From Squalus acanthias (lineage: Eukaryota): DNA of 64,000 bases. Below are positions 12,357 through 24,767 of this stretch, in pieces. Every line of letters starts with the position of its first letter. The first letter of the stretch is position 1. A program made the position numbers and the translations under genes. Under the pieces are notes generated by a model. That model had not been told where the DNA came from, did no database searches, and saw only the letters and a list, made by a program, of their open reading frames with translations. The stretch is from NCBI GenBank assembly GCA_030390025.1, contig JASTWF010000070.1, positions 1,116,001-1,180,000 of the forward strand. Reading direction: 5' to 3'.

Positions 12357-14395
12357 ATTTGATTTTCTATAATTGCAGTTTATTTCCCTTTTTACTTGAA
12401 TATAATAAAGCGTTTGGTTGTCTTAAAATGCGGTCAGTGTTAACTTTAAAGTGGTGAATTCACGGAGCTGTGACCCGCTTTTCACCGAGAGTCCACATAT
12501 GTTCTGATATCTCAAACTGATGCAGCCCTTTGAAAGAGCCGCCACAGGCACGATGGGCCGAATGGCCTCCTTCTGTGCTGCATCATTCGATAAGATTCTG
12601 GAAGTTTTTTTTACAATTCATATTTTTTTTAGAATTGCGAGTTAGAAACTGATCGGCTTTAAATGTTGCGGCGATGATAATTGAGCCGGGTCTGTTACCC
12701 GGTATTGAAGAGCTCACTGAATAAAGAGAGGACATTGTACACGGGCTGGGAATTAATGTAGTGACTCTGCCCAACAATATTGTAAATGCTTTACATAGAA
12801 TTACACAGAATATACAGCACAGAAACAGGCCATTCGGACCAACCAGTCCATGCCGTCGTTTATGCTCCACTCGAGCCTCCTCCCATCCTTCCTCATCTAA
12901 CTCTATCAGCATCACCCTCTATTCCCTTCTCCCTCATGTGCTTATCTCGCCTCCCCTTAAATGCATCTGTACTATTCGCCTCAACCACTCCCTTTGGTAG
13001 CGAATTCCACATTCTCCCCACTCTCTGGATAAAGAAATCTCTCCCGCCGGCTCCGGTCAAACTTTTTAACATCGTGCGGTGCCCACTTTGGAAAATAGGA
13101 ATAATTCCACATACACAAAGAGAAGAAGTAAGGCATAGCATAGAATCATACAGCACAGAAGGAAGCCATTCGGCCAATTGTGCCAGTGCCGGCTCTTTGA
13201 AAGAGCTCTCCAATTAGTCCCAGTCCCCTGCTATTTCCCCACAGCCCTGCAATTTTCTCCTCTTCAAGTCTCAGTGTAACACAGTGACATATTCAGTGTC
13301 CACTGTCAGAACTTCACAATGTAACTTACAACTATCCTCTCTCTCTCTCTCTCTCTGCCTCTTGCCTCAACCGAATGATACCAGGACTTAGAGGGTTAAT
13401 TTACGAGGCCGGGTTGCATAAACTTGACTTGTATTCCTTTGTGTTTAGAAGATTCAGGGGAATCTCCTCCTGTTCCTCTGTCACTATTTTATGAATCAGT
13501 GCTCCTCTGAGGACATTCAGCTCATAGTGCTTGTGCCGGCTCTTTGAATAGAGCTCTCCAAATATAACCACTCCCCTGCTCTTTCCCCAAAGCCCTGCAT
13601 TTATTCTTTTCAAGTATTTCTCCAATTCCCTTTTGAAAGTTACGATTGAATCTGCTTCCACCGCCCTTTCAGGCAGCGCATTCCAGATCACAACAACTCG
13701 CTGCGTAAAAAAAATCACCTCCCGGAGCCTGTGATTCTTTTGCCAATTATCTGAAATCTGTGTCCTCTGGTTACCGACCCTCCTGCCACTGGAAACAGTT
13801 TTCCTTCTTTACTCTATCAACACCATTCAGGATTTTGAACACCACTATTAAATCTCCCCTTAACCTTCTCTGCTTTAAGGAGAACAATCCCAGCTTCTCT
13901 AGACTCGCCACACAACTGAAGTCCCTCATATCTGGAACCATTCTAGTAAATCTCCTCTGCAACCTCTCCAAAGACTTGACATCCTTCCTAAAGTGTTTTA
14001 GCAAAACCTATTTACATTTTACATTAATTCATAACTTCAAAGTATATATCGAATCTGCTCCCATCGCCCTTTTGAAAGTTACTATTGAATCTTCTTCCAC
14101 CGCCCTTTCAGGCAGCGCGTTCCAGATCACAACAACTCGCTGCGTAAAAAGAACACTTCTCCTCATCTCCCCTATTGAATGGGAGCAGGAAATGGTGTCA
14201 AACTTCATTTCAGCGCAGTATTACTCCCCGAGGCGCTTCAACAATTCCAATTCTAATCAGTTTAAAAAAATTTGGGTACAAATAGATACAACAACAAAAT
14301 TCACTGAATAGAGATTTCTCTGGCGCCCGGGAATGAAAGCGACTGCAAATTAATAATTGAACCAATGTGAATGATAGAATGAGAGAGTCACTTAC

Positions 14396-14749
14396 TCTTT
14401 ACACTCAGGGCGGTCCCAGGTCAGAGGATGAATCCCGAGTCCCACACAGCACAGTAATAGACGGCGGAGTCACCGGGCACCAGGGTTCCGATGGTCAGAA
14501 TGTAAATGTTACCGGAGGCGTCTCTGGAAGGTTGAAAACGGTTTGTGAAGCCGGTGCCTCGGAAGATATCATTATCTGTTTCATATCTTAACACCCACAC
14601 CGGAGCTTAACAGGGTCGCTGTCGGTACCATTGCACATCCTTGCTGCCCCCAGCCCCGTTCTGCATCGCACACTGTAACCGGGCGGTCTGACCCGCGGAG
14701 ACAGGATCGGATATTGGGGACTGATTGAGGACGGGAGCCGCCATGACAC
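14396..14749 (-). pseudogene. IgL: Germline-joined VJ exon, cluster 1 (two in-frame stops)
   Basis: APVLNQSPISDPVSAG..WYRQRPC*AP (TAA 14607-14609)..YYCAVWDSGFIL*PGT (TGA 14421-14423); ag/gtaag splice sites intact. Confidence 0.93.
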
Positions 14750-14900
14750 CTTCATTAAAAGAACAAATCAACCCATTCAGAGACTTGGAGCAAATAGGAC
14801 GTTAATGCGTCAATAAACACGGAGAGAAAACCGCCCGATTCTCGGTATTGAACCGATTTAGTTGCGGATAAACCGGTGATTAAAACCATCCGTCTCTCAC

Positions 14901-14949
14901 CTGTTAAATGCATCAGCAGAACCCACAGGAGATGCATCGCTGCAGCCAT
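14901..14949 (-). pseudogene. IgL: IgL leader exon, cluster 1
   Basis: MAAAMHLLWVLLMHLT G|gtgag, 49 nt, phase 1. Confidence 0.85.
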
Positions 14950-15065
14950 TTCCTCCGGAGAAGCGCCAACAGCCACCGCTGAAATTTCCGACTGAACCGT
15001 GCGCTGTTCCTGTAAACTCCGGGACCCGGTCCGGTTACAGTGTCTGCAAACCCGAGACTCCGGGT

Positions 15066-15089
15066 CTATTTTTTACCCGGTATGCAAAT
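15066..15089 (-). promoter_or_regulatory. Octamer ATTTGCAT plus degraded TATA-like box, cluster 1
   Basis: Octamer 15082-15089 in light-chain orientation; TAAAAAATA here vs TAATAAATA in the intact copies. Confidence 0.8.
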
Positions 15090-15257
15090 GGCTGGGAGGG
15101 GCCAGGAAAAGGAAGGAGGCAGATTTTTAATTCGGGTAATTTTAAAATCTATTTGTGGCTAATTAAATTATTAAACTCTTAAACCTTTAATGAATATTTA
15201 GTCTGTGTTCTACCCCAGAAAAATGAGGGGCGGATTGTAGAGATACGGATCAGCTGA

Positions 15258-16027
15258 ACTCCTGCATCCTCTATAACATTTCATTTAAAGCCATGTGCGC
15301 TGCCATTACCCTTTTGTTTCTCTTTCATTGTGCCAAAGCTCGATTGCACATATTTCTTACTGGAAGGCTGAGTAAAGGCTAATAGGCTCATCTCCTGTTG
15401 GCGGGCTTCTCAGTGAGGTGAGCAGCCTTTGATGCAGAGGTTATGATGGAGCTGTACAAAAGTCGAGTTAGGCCACAGCTGGAATACTGTGTGCAGTTCT
15501 GGCCGCCACACTATAGGAAGGATGTGATTGCATTGGAGAGGGTGCAGAGGAGATTCAGCAGGATGTTGCCTGGGCTGGAGCATTAGAAGAGAGACTGGAC
15601 AAGCTGGGGTGGTTTTCCTTGGAGCAGAGAAGGCTGAGGGGGACCTGATTGAGGTGTACAAAATTCTGAGGGGCATAGATAGGGTAGATAGAAAGGAACT
15701 TTTCCCCTTAGTAGAGGGGTCAATAACCAGGGGGCATATTTTCAAGGTAAGGGGCAGGAGGTTTAGAGGAGATTTGAGGAAAAACTTTTTCACCCAGAGG
15801 GTGGTTGGAATCTGGAACTCACTGCCTGAAAGGGTGGTAGAGGCAGGAACCCTCACAACATACAAGAAGCATTTAGATGAGCAATTGAAACGCCATAGCA
15901 TACAAGGCTACGGACCAAATACTGGAAAATGGGATTAGAATAGACAGGGCTTGATGGCCGGCGCGGACACGACGGACCGAAGGGCCTCTTTCTGTGCTGT
16001 ATAACACTATGGCTCTGTGACTCTATG
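15258..16027 (+). mobile_element. Copy-specific insertion ending in a CR1 3' end, upstream of cluster 1 promoter
   Basis: Absent from other units, which read cagctgatgca across the site; GDLIEVYKILRG..FFTQRVVGIWNSLP (ORF 15528-15938). Confidence 0.85.
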
Positions 16028-17536
16028 ATGCACTTCGGCCGGAATCGTTCTGATAACGTGCTGTTACTCTCTGATGTACTGCATCAGATTTTAAAATAAT
16101 CTTTTCCCCCTAAAATACATATTTCATAATAGACTGACGTCCCTTTCTCTAAATCAGCAGCAAGACAACCCTGGATTTGTCAATCCCTTTAAAATTGGTG
16201 CTTCAATTGACAAATATGATTTGGGCTTCAGTCTGTAAATACATTTCTGATGAGAATATTCCTGAGGCGGAGTAAAGAGCTAATTTGATGAATGAGAAAG
16301 AGGGGAAGAAAGCGGCATTTTGCACCCTGCCCCAGATTAAAGAGAAGTTGTTCTATTATAGTCTGAGTCATCCCCTTTAAAACTCAGGAGGGCAAATAAA
16401 ACTCGGCACAATATTAATAAAATGACACCTTGCCTTTAATTTGCTGCGGGTCCGACTAATGCGCGCAGTTCCCTTTTTAAACCCTGTTCCAGCTGAATTA
16501 TTAAGCGGCGGGGTCAGTTGTTTCTGGGGCTCTGTGATGTTGAACGTTTCCCCTGTTTGGAGTCAAGCCCTAACTCCCCACACTGAGGCTTGGTTCATGT
16601 TTTTAAAAGTCAGATTGAAACTGGTTAGTGTCAGTTACTTGAGGGCGAAAGAAAATGCGTTAAATTGTTACTAAATGGGTTGGCTCCAGATATTAGCGTC
16701 AATTGATTAATATTATTGTTTAATAAATATCTGAACTGTGCATCTGTGAAGTTATATATTCCCCTGTTTCTTAGAAAATCACACAGAGCGGCCGGAGGGA
16801 TTCTCGCCCCCTGGAGTAGCCGGCACTGAATTCGGGCAGCGATTGGTTCTCACCTGGACAAGGGGCTTTTCGGTGAAGCCCAGGTGCTTGGTTCTGTTTC
16901 TGCGCTTGAACTGATCACTGATTCATCTGATGGGTTAGAATTATTAAAGGGGCTTTGGTGCTGTGACTGGAGCTGCTCTCTCAACCTTGCACAGAGACCA
17001 AGAGCTTTGTCACTGCTGACACGGCTGACTGGACAACCAATCATTGCAGAGCACTGGCCATACCGCGCACGGCACCTTGGAGCTGTAGTTTCACATTGGG
17101 CAATAGCCAAGATCAGCGTGTCTATTGACACCACTGTGTCAGCTCTACCTCTCCATGGCTTGCCTCAACCCCTCCACTCTCTCTAAATTGTCACACTGCT
17201 TTTCCGACATCTAGCACTGGATGAGCAGAAATTTCCTCGAACTGAATATTGGGAAGACCGAAGAAATTGTCTTCCGACCAGGCCACAAATTCCGTTCCCT
17301 CGCCACTGACAGGCTCCCGCTCCCTGCCAACTTTCTGAGGCTGAACCAGAGTGTTCACAACTTTGGTGTCATATTTGACCTCGACGTGAGTTTCGGACCA
17401 CTTATGTATGACATCACTAAGACGGACTACAACCCTCTCCTTGACAGCTGTCTGAGTCTGAAGCAGACTGTTTGCAACCTTGGTGTGATATCTGAGCCCG
17501 AGATGAGATTCTGACCACATATCCATGGCATAACTA

Positions 17537-20500
17537 GTCATAGAGTCATAGAGTTATACAGCACAGAAAGAGGCCCTTCGGCCCATCGTGACCGCGCCGG
17601 CCATCAAGCCCTGTCTATTCTAATCCCATTTTCCAGCACTTGGTCCGTAGCCTTGTATGCTATGGCGTTTCAAGTGCTCATCTAAATGATTCTTGAATTT
17701 TCTGAGGGTTCCTGACTCTACCACCCTTTCAGGCCATGAGCTCCAGATTCCAACCACCCTCTGGGTGACAACGTTTTTCCTCAAATCTCCTCTAAACCTC
17801 CTGCTCCTTATTTTGAAACTATGCCCCCTGGTTATTGACCCCTCTACAAAGGGCAAACGTTAATTTCTATCTACCCTATCTATGCCCCTCATAATTATGT
17901 ACACCTCAATCAGGTCCCCCCTCAGACTTCTCTGCTCTAAGGAAAACAACCCCAGCCTGTCCCGTCTCTCTTCATTGCTGAAGCGCTCCAGCCCAGGTAA
18001 CATCCTGGTGATTCTCCTCTGCACCCTCTCCAATGCAATCACATCCCTCCTATAGTGTGGCGACCAGAACTGCACACAGTATTCTAGCTGTGGCCTAACT
18101 AGCGTTTTGTACAGCTCCATCATAACCTCCCTGCCCTTATATTCCATGCCTCGGCCAAAGAAGGCAAGTATCCCATATGCCTTTTTATCCACCTTATCTA
18201 CCTGTCCTGCTGCCTTCAGGGATCTATGTACATGCACATCAAGGTCCTCTGATCCTCTGTCCTTCCTAGGGTCACACCATTCATTGTATTTTCCCTTGCC
18301 TTGTCAGTCCTCCCAAAATGCATCACCTCACACTTTTTAGGGTGAAATTCAATTTGCCACTGTTCTGCCCATCTAACCAACCCGTCTATATCGTCCTGTA
18401 GCCTGAGGCTTCCCTCCTCGCTATTTACCACTCCACCAACTTTCGTGTCATCTGCGAATTTACTGATTGACATGAATCTTGTCATTCATGTGGAAATGAC
18501 TTATGAAATAATACTGGGCGGCCTGCTGGTGGCGCTGTCCAGGGAGAGTATAAATATTCGGGCACGGGCCCAGCTTGCGCGGGACATTCTTAACATGAAC
18601 TAAAGAATGACACAACTAGACCTCCATGTTGTAAAACTGTTGATTAAAGCTTTGTTTAACGCTTAGACCAAATGCCTAGCAGTTTTCTTACGTCACTGAT
18701 CATACCTCCTACATTCATAACTAAATCATAAATGTACACTACAAAAAGCAAAGAACCCAGCACGGATCCGTGTGGTACACCACTGGACACAGGCTTCCAG
18801 TCACAAAAACAACCTTCGACCATCACCCTCTGCCTCCTGCCACTAAGCTAATTTTGGATCCAATGTGCCAAATTGCCGTGGATCCCATGGGCTCTTACCT
18901 TCTCAACCAGTCTCCCATGCAGGACTTGGTCAAAGGTCTTACTGAAGTCCATTTAGACTACATCAACTGCACTACCCTCATCCACACACCTCATCACCCC
19001 CTCGAAAAATTAAATCAAATTGGTTAGACATGATCTCCCCCTGACAAAGCCATGCTGACTATCCTTGATTAATCCTTGCCTCTCCAAGTGGAGACCAATT
19101 CTGTCTCTCAGAATTTTTTCCAATAATTTTCCAACCACTGATGTTTGGCTCACTGGCCTGCAATTCCCTGGTTTATCCCTACTACCCTTCTTGAATAATG
19201 ATACTACGTTAGTTGTTCTCCAGTCCTCTGGCAGCTCCTCTGTGGCCAGAGAGGTACTGAAAATTTGTGTCAGAGCCCCTGCAATCTCCTCCCTTGCCTC
19301 ACACAGCAGCCTGGGATACATCTCGTCAGGGCCTGGGGATTTATCCACTTTTAAGCCCGCTAAAACCGCTAGTACCTCCTCCCTCTCAATGCTAATTTGT
19401 TCAAGTATATCACGATCCCCCTGCCTGATTTCTATGCCTACATCGTCCTTCTCCATAGTGAACACGGATGCAAAATATTCATTTAAAACCTCACCTACAT
19501 CTTCCGGCTCTACACACAGATTGCCACTTTGGTCCCTAATGGGTACTACTCTTTCCCTGGTTATACTCTTGCCCTTAATATACATATACAACACCTTGGA
19601 ACTTTCCTTTATTTTGCCCGCCAGTGTTTATTCATGCCCCCTCTTCGCTCTCCTAATTTATTTTTTAAGTACCCCCCTGCACTTTCTATACTCCTCCAGG
19701 GCTTCCACAGTTTTTAGTCCTTTGTATCTGCCAAAAGCCTCCCTTTTTTCCAAATCCATTCTTTTATATCGCTTGACATCCAGGGTTCCCTGGGTTTGTT
19801 GGTCCCACACTTGACCTTTACGGGAACATGTTGGCGTTGTACTCTCTCTCTATTTCCTTTCTGAACTACTCCCACTGCTCTGATGTGGATTTTCCTCCAA
19901 GTAGCTGATCCCAGTCCACTTTGGCCAGATCCTGCCTTAACGTGTTAAAATCGGCCTTCCCACAATTTATAACCTTTATTTCCGGTCCATATTTGTCCTT
20001 TTCCATGACTACCTTAAATCTCACCGAATTATTGTCACTGTCACAAAAATGCGCTCCTACTGATACTTCTACCACTTGCCCGGCTACATTCCCTAGAATT
20101 AGGTCTAGTACCGCCCCCTCTCTTGTAGGACTTTCTACATGCTGGCTCAAAAAGCTCTCCTGGATGCACTTTAAGAATTCCGCACCCTCTAAGCCTTTCA
20201 CACTCTGACTATCCCAGTTAATATTGGGAAGTTGAAATCCCCTACTATTATTATCCTATTATTCTACACTTCTCTGGGATTTGCCTACATGTCTGTCCCT
20301 CTATCTCCCCCTGACTGTTTGGGGGCCTATAGTACACTCCCAGCTTGCCCCCTTTTAGTTTTTAATTCTACCCATATGGCCTCATTAGCGGAACCTGATA
20401 AGATATCATCCCTCCTTACAGCAGCAATTGCTTACTTGATTAATATTGCGACAAACCCATCTCTTTTACATGCCTCTCTGTCTCGCCTGAAGATTCTATA

Positions 20501-21187
20501 CCCCGGAATATTGAGCTACCAATCCTGCCCCTCCCTCAACCATGTCTCCGTGATAGCAACAATATCATACTCCCATATTTTCATCAACACCTTCAATTCA
20601 TTTGCCTCACTCGCAAGACTCCTTGCATTAAAATAAATGCCAGCCAGCCCTGCCATACTCACTTATGTCGTTACATATTTGGTCTGCCTTCCAGGCTGAC
20701 TTGTTTTTTGCTCTATATTTGGCTGTGCATCACCCCGACTATAGCTCCACTCCGTAACCCATCCCCCTGCCAAGTTAGTATAACCGCCCCCCCCCCCACC
20801 CCCACACGCCCCACCCCCCTCCCCTCAACAGTACTAGCAAACCTCCCCGCAAGGATGTTGGTCTCGTTCCGGGTCAGGTGCAACCCGTCCGAATTGTACA
20901 AGTCCCACCTTCCCCAGAAGCAGACCCAGTGATCCAGGAAACTAAAGCCCTCCCTACTGCACCAACTCTTTAGCCACGCATTCATCTGCTCTATCCGTCT
21001 ATTCCTATACCCACTAGCACGTGGCACCGGGAGTAATCCAGAGATTACATCCTTTGAGTTCCTGCTTTTTAATCTGCTACCTAGCTCCCTAACTTCTTGA
21101 TGCAGGACCCCATCCCTCTTTCTAACCATGTCGTTGGTACCAATGTGAACCACGACCTCTGACTGTTCGCCCTCCCCCTTCAGAATG
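17537..21187 (-). mobile_element. Long 5'-truncated CR1 LINE (esterase part of ORF1 plus disrupted ORF2)
   Basis: VVHIGTND/DGLHL, endonuclease LDLIL, KSPGPDEMYP, QHGFVRGRSCLTNL, KFADDTK and FWSPHY motifs in ORFs 17620-21204; found only in this unit. Confidence 0.9.
18468..18695 (+). mobile_element. Solo LTR (228 bp) nested in CR1
   Basis: TGAC...GTCA termini, 5-bp TSD CTGAT (18463-67 and 18696-700), TATAAATA at 18549, ATTAAA at 18643. Confidence 0.8.
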
Positions 21188-22086
21188 CCCCACACCAACA
21201 ACATAAAGCAACCCTACAATGCCCAAGCCATTCCTTTCCCACTCATCAGCATTGCGGGGGTGGGGGTACGATTATGTTTCAATGTCCAATGCTCACTAAG
21301 CCACTTCCAAAATTGCACACCAATCTGTCGATAGCACGTTAGCAGAAATTTCAAATGAACACTGGCAAAAACACAAAAAGTGTTGTTAGTTGGTATGATT
21401 GGACTAGGATTAGGGAGAGTATGAGGGGTGGCTAGTGAGATGTGGAAGTTATAATGTAGATAGAGAGGGATGGGTGGAGGTGCAAGGTCAGTTGGTGTGA
21501 GTAAGCCTGTGCAGGAGTAGGACAGGGAAGTCAGAGTGATGGGGATGTGATGAGTGGCACAGCAGGACGAGGTTGAGTGGGGCTTTGCATTAACGTTTCG
21601 TGTTCTACTGAGATCATTGAAAGGTTTGCGCCACTGAAACCTCGTCCTCTTGACGATATCCCTGCATGTGTCCTCCTGTGCATTGTGCAACCAGGCTGCG
21701 TTGGACTCCTAGGGAGGTCTGTTTGGAAGGGAAAAGAGCTTCCCTACGTGCCCTGGAGGGAGTAATGGGAGAGCCTGGGTGCAACCGGGTGCCTCTGTGA
21801 AGTGCTTGCCAATGTTTGCCGCATTTCAATTCTGCAGAACAGGAACAGCACAAATGTCAAATTAAATTTGCGCATGGTCCCTTTAAGAAAACCGGCTGAT
21901 GACGCGGCATGAAATGACGCCATCAGGCCCGCTTCCTTCAATTGGCCGGGAAACTCGATGCGCAGGCTCAACAAGTCCAATCAGAGGAAAGTCATGTCGG
22001 AGGCCGGGATGCAGCCAGCAGCGAGACCGCGACCCGCCAACGACCTCGCCCGCCACGGACCCGCCCAGTTCGGGGAAATCGCGGTC
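21188..22086 (-). mobile_element. PIF/Harbinger-like remnant (truncated copy) with Myb/SANT-like ORF
   Basis: RARREALFPS..AQE..RDIVKRT..QWRKPFNDLSR; ends ggaaatcgcggtc+TAA. Confidence 0.65.
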
Positions 22087-24123
22087 TAAGTGTCTCCACA
22101 GGGAGTCTTTGACACAGACCTACGATACTGTGTGGGAATTGTTCATTGTTCCTCTTTTGCTGCCCCGGGTGTAGTTCATAAGCTATCCTCCAGTTCCTCG
22201 TTCACAGCCCAGGCCAAAGACCCTGACCATACGTTCATTATCTCTGATTTTCCGACCTGGATGATGTCCCCTTTCAATACTGGATTGAGCAATGGAAACA
22301 GACTGAGTTTCAGCAATCTCTTTAGTAATCTACTCCCAGAATGATGCGTGGTGCTCTTTAATGAATGGCGTGCAATGGAATCATTTCACTTTTGAAGCTA
22401 GGGCGCTAAAGTAACACCTGTGATATCAGCACCGATCTACAGAAACTTAAGGTATGGAAATCAAACAGCCACGTGATGTGTGCCGTCAGAATAATCCTTA
22501 CCCTTCACTGTAATACATACTGGTGGATTCAAGAGATAGAGAGATTAATAGTCTTTATTTATCAGTACACTTATAGAAACATAGCATCTCCAGTGCTATG
22601 AGAATGATTTCAATTGTACTCACAAACGCAGCTATTTAATTATGCAAGTTAAGCACGGTGCTCGTCCGGAAGCACGTTCACAGTACGTGAGATTATTACG
22701 TCCTCACGCAGGATTAATAGGTAAACTCGCCTCCCCCACCAGCCTTGCACATGCTCATTGTCGACATTCGCTGTCCATTGTTCTCTGGACATTTCACATG
22801 TATGATTAACCATATTCAGAATCCTCACTTGCTGATCTAGGAGCACAGGAACAGGAGTAGATCCACAGTTGATTACCTCACACTCCCCACATTGAGCGAC
22901 ATCTGTCATGTTCAATTCCACTCACAACCTGTACATATCCCCTTCCAAATTGTTGCTCCCATCTACACAAGTTACTGTGCCTACTAACTTAACACCACCT
23001 GCAAACAGGGATATACAACTCTCTATTCCTTCATCCAAATCATTAATAAATACGGTGGAAAGATTGAGGCCCCAGAACAGATCCCGGGGGAACACCACTT
23101 TTCACATTCCGCCAATCTGAGTACCTACTCTTTATCCCGCCTCTCTGTCTCCTACTTCCCATCTAAATTCCAACCCAAATCAAAAGGCTCCACCCATCCC
23201 ATGTGGTCTCAACTGGGCCAATAATATTTAATGTGGAACCTTATTGAATGCCTTCTGGGATTCCATATAGATAACATCCATAGACACTCCTTTCTCTATC
23301 TGATTAGTGACCTCTCAAGAAATGTAACTGGTTTAGTCAGATATGATTTACCTTTAAGAAAGCCATGCTGGCCCACTCTGACCAGGTCATATTTGCTTAA
23401 ATGTTCACTCACTCTATCCTAATGACAGATTCTATTAACTTCCCCACAACTGACGTCAAACTGACAGGCCGGTAGTGATCTGATTTCTCTCTCCCACCCT
23501 TCTGCAATAATCCAGTATCTGGAGCACAGTGTACAGGTTCTGGACAAACCATCTCAGAAAGGATATATTAGAGGGAGTTCAGCGCAAAATCACCAGAATG
23601 TTACCAGGGAACCAAGTGTTAAATTACGAGGAGAGATTAAAGAAACTAGGCTTGTATTCTTTGGAATATGTAATGTTAAGGAGTGATTTGTTTGAGGTTC
23701 ATAGGATTTTGTAAGGGATTGATAGGGTAGACAAGAGAACCTACTCTTCCGGTGGGGGGACGTCCAGAAAAAGGAAGCATAACCTTAAACTTAAGAAATC
23801 CAATAGGGAATTCAGGAGAAACCTTTTATACCCAGAGAGTGCGAGAATGTGGAACTCACTACCATATGGAATAGTTGAATCGAATTGTACAGAAGCATTA
23901 AAGGTGAAGCTCGATAAGTACATGAGGGAGAAAGGAATAGAAGGATATGTTAATGGAGTGAGATGAAGAGGGATGCGAGGAGGCTCGTGTGGAGCATAAA
24001 CACCGGCAGAGACTGATTGGGCTGAATGACCTGTTTGTGCTGTACATTGCATGTAATCCACTCAATGTCCCTTTAAGTGCTGAGTAAAGACGGACCACTT
24101 TAAGCTCGTGGCAGCATTTCATG

Positions 24124-24129
24124 TTTATT
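24124..24129 (-). terminator. Polyadenylation signal, cluster 2
   Basis: AATAAA ~310 nt after the C stop. Confidence 0.6.
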
Positions 24130-24438
24130 AAGAGCTGTGTTACACAGTTTCCAATCACAATATGGTCACAGACTAAAGGGAAATCTGTGCCCATTCTACA
24201 CACAGCGAAAGTTTACACACAAGATTATGGGGACAGTTGTACAGAAAGTTCCATCTCACAAAGCTGGACAATCATTTCGTTCTCTTCTGATATTATTGAA
24301 CATTCGGGTTGTTTACCAAAAATTGAAATTGCTACAGTGATTACATTGCATAAAAAGGCGGATTGCACACATCGAATGATCTGTTTCCTTACATTAAACA
24401 CTAGCAAAAATCAAACTCCACTGCCAACTTGCACCGCC

Positions 24439-24767
24439 TCAGTCTGAACACGTGGAGGCGCTGATGGTCTTGAGAAGAGGCGAGCTCAGGGCGCCGTGGC
24501 TGACGCTGCAGGAAAAGCTGGAGCCCTTGTTCCAGGCGTGGGCGGGGACTCTCAGGTAACTGCTCAGGCTGTAGGTTTGATCGCTGTCCGGGGACACGCC
24601 GCCTGTCGTCACCCCGCTGTCTGTCTCTTGGCCATCCACGCTCCAGCGGAGCCGCACCAAGCCCGGCTTAAAGCGACTGACCAGGCAGGACAGAGTGGAC
24701 GATCCCGAGCCAATTTCTTCCGAGGAGGGAGGGAGGAGAAGAACCGAGGGGCTTCGATCCTCGCTGC
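24439..24767 (-). CDS. IgL: IgL sigma-cart (type I) constant exon, cluster 2, intact
   Basis: cag|GC AGC GAG..; SSEDRSPSVLLLPPSSEEIGSGSSTLSCLVSRFKPGLVRLRWSVDG..YSLSSYLRVP..WNKGSSFSCSVSH..STCSD*; 329 nt, C1-set Cys/Trp/Cys and terminal Cys. Confidence 0.95.

Noticed and set aside
16850-17134. Recurrent minus-strand ORF (..LREQLQSQHQSPFNN..) upstream of each gene
   Set aside because: Indels differ among units, and its phase-2 donor does not match the phase-1 V/C acceptors; treated as non-coding.
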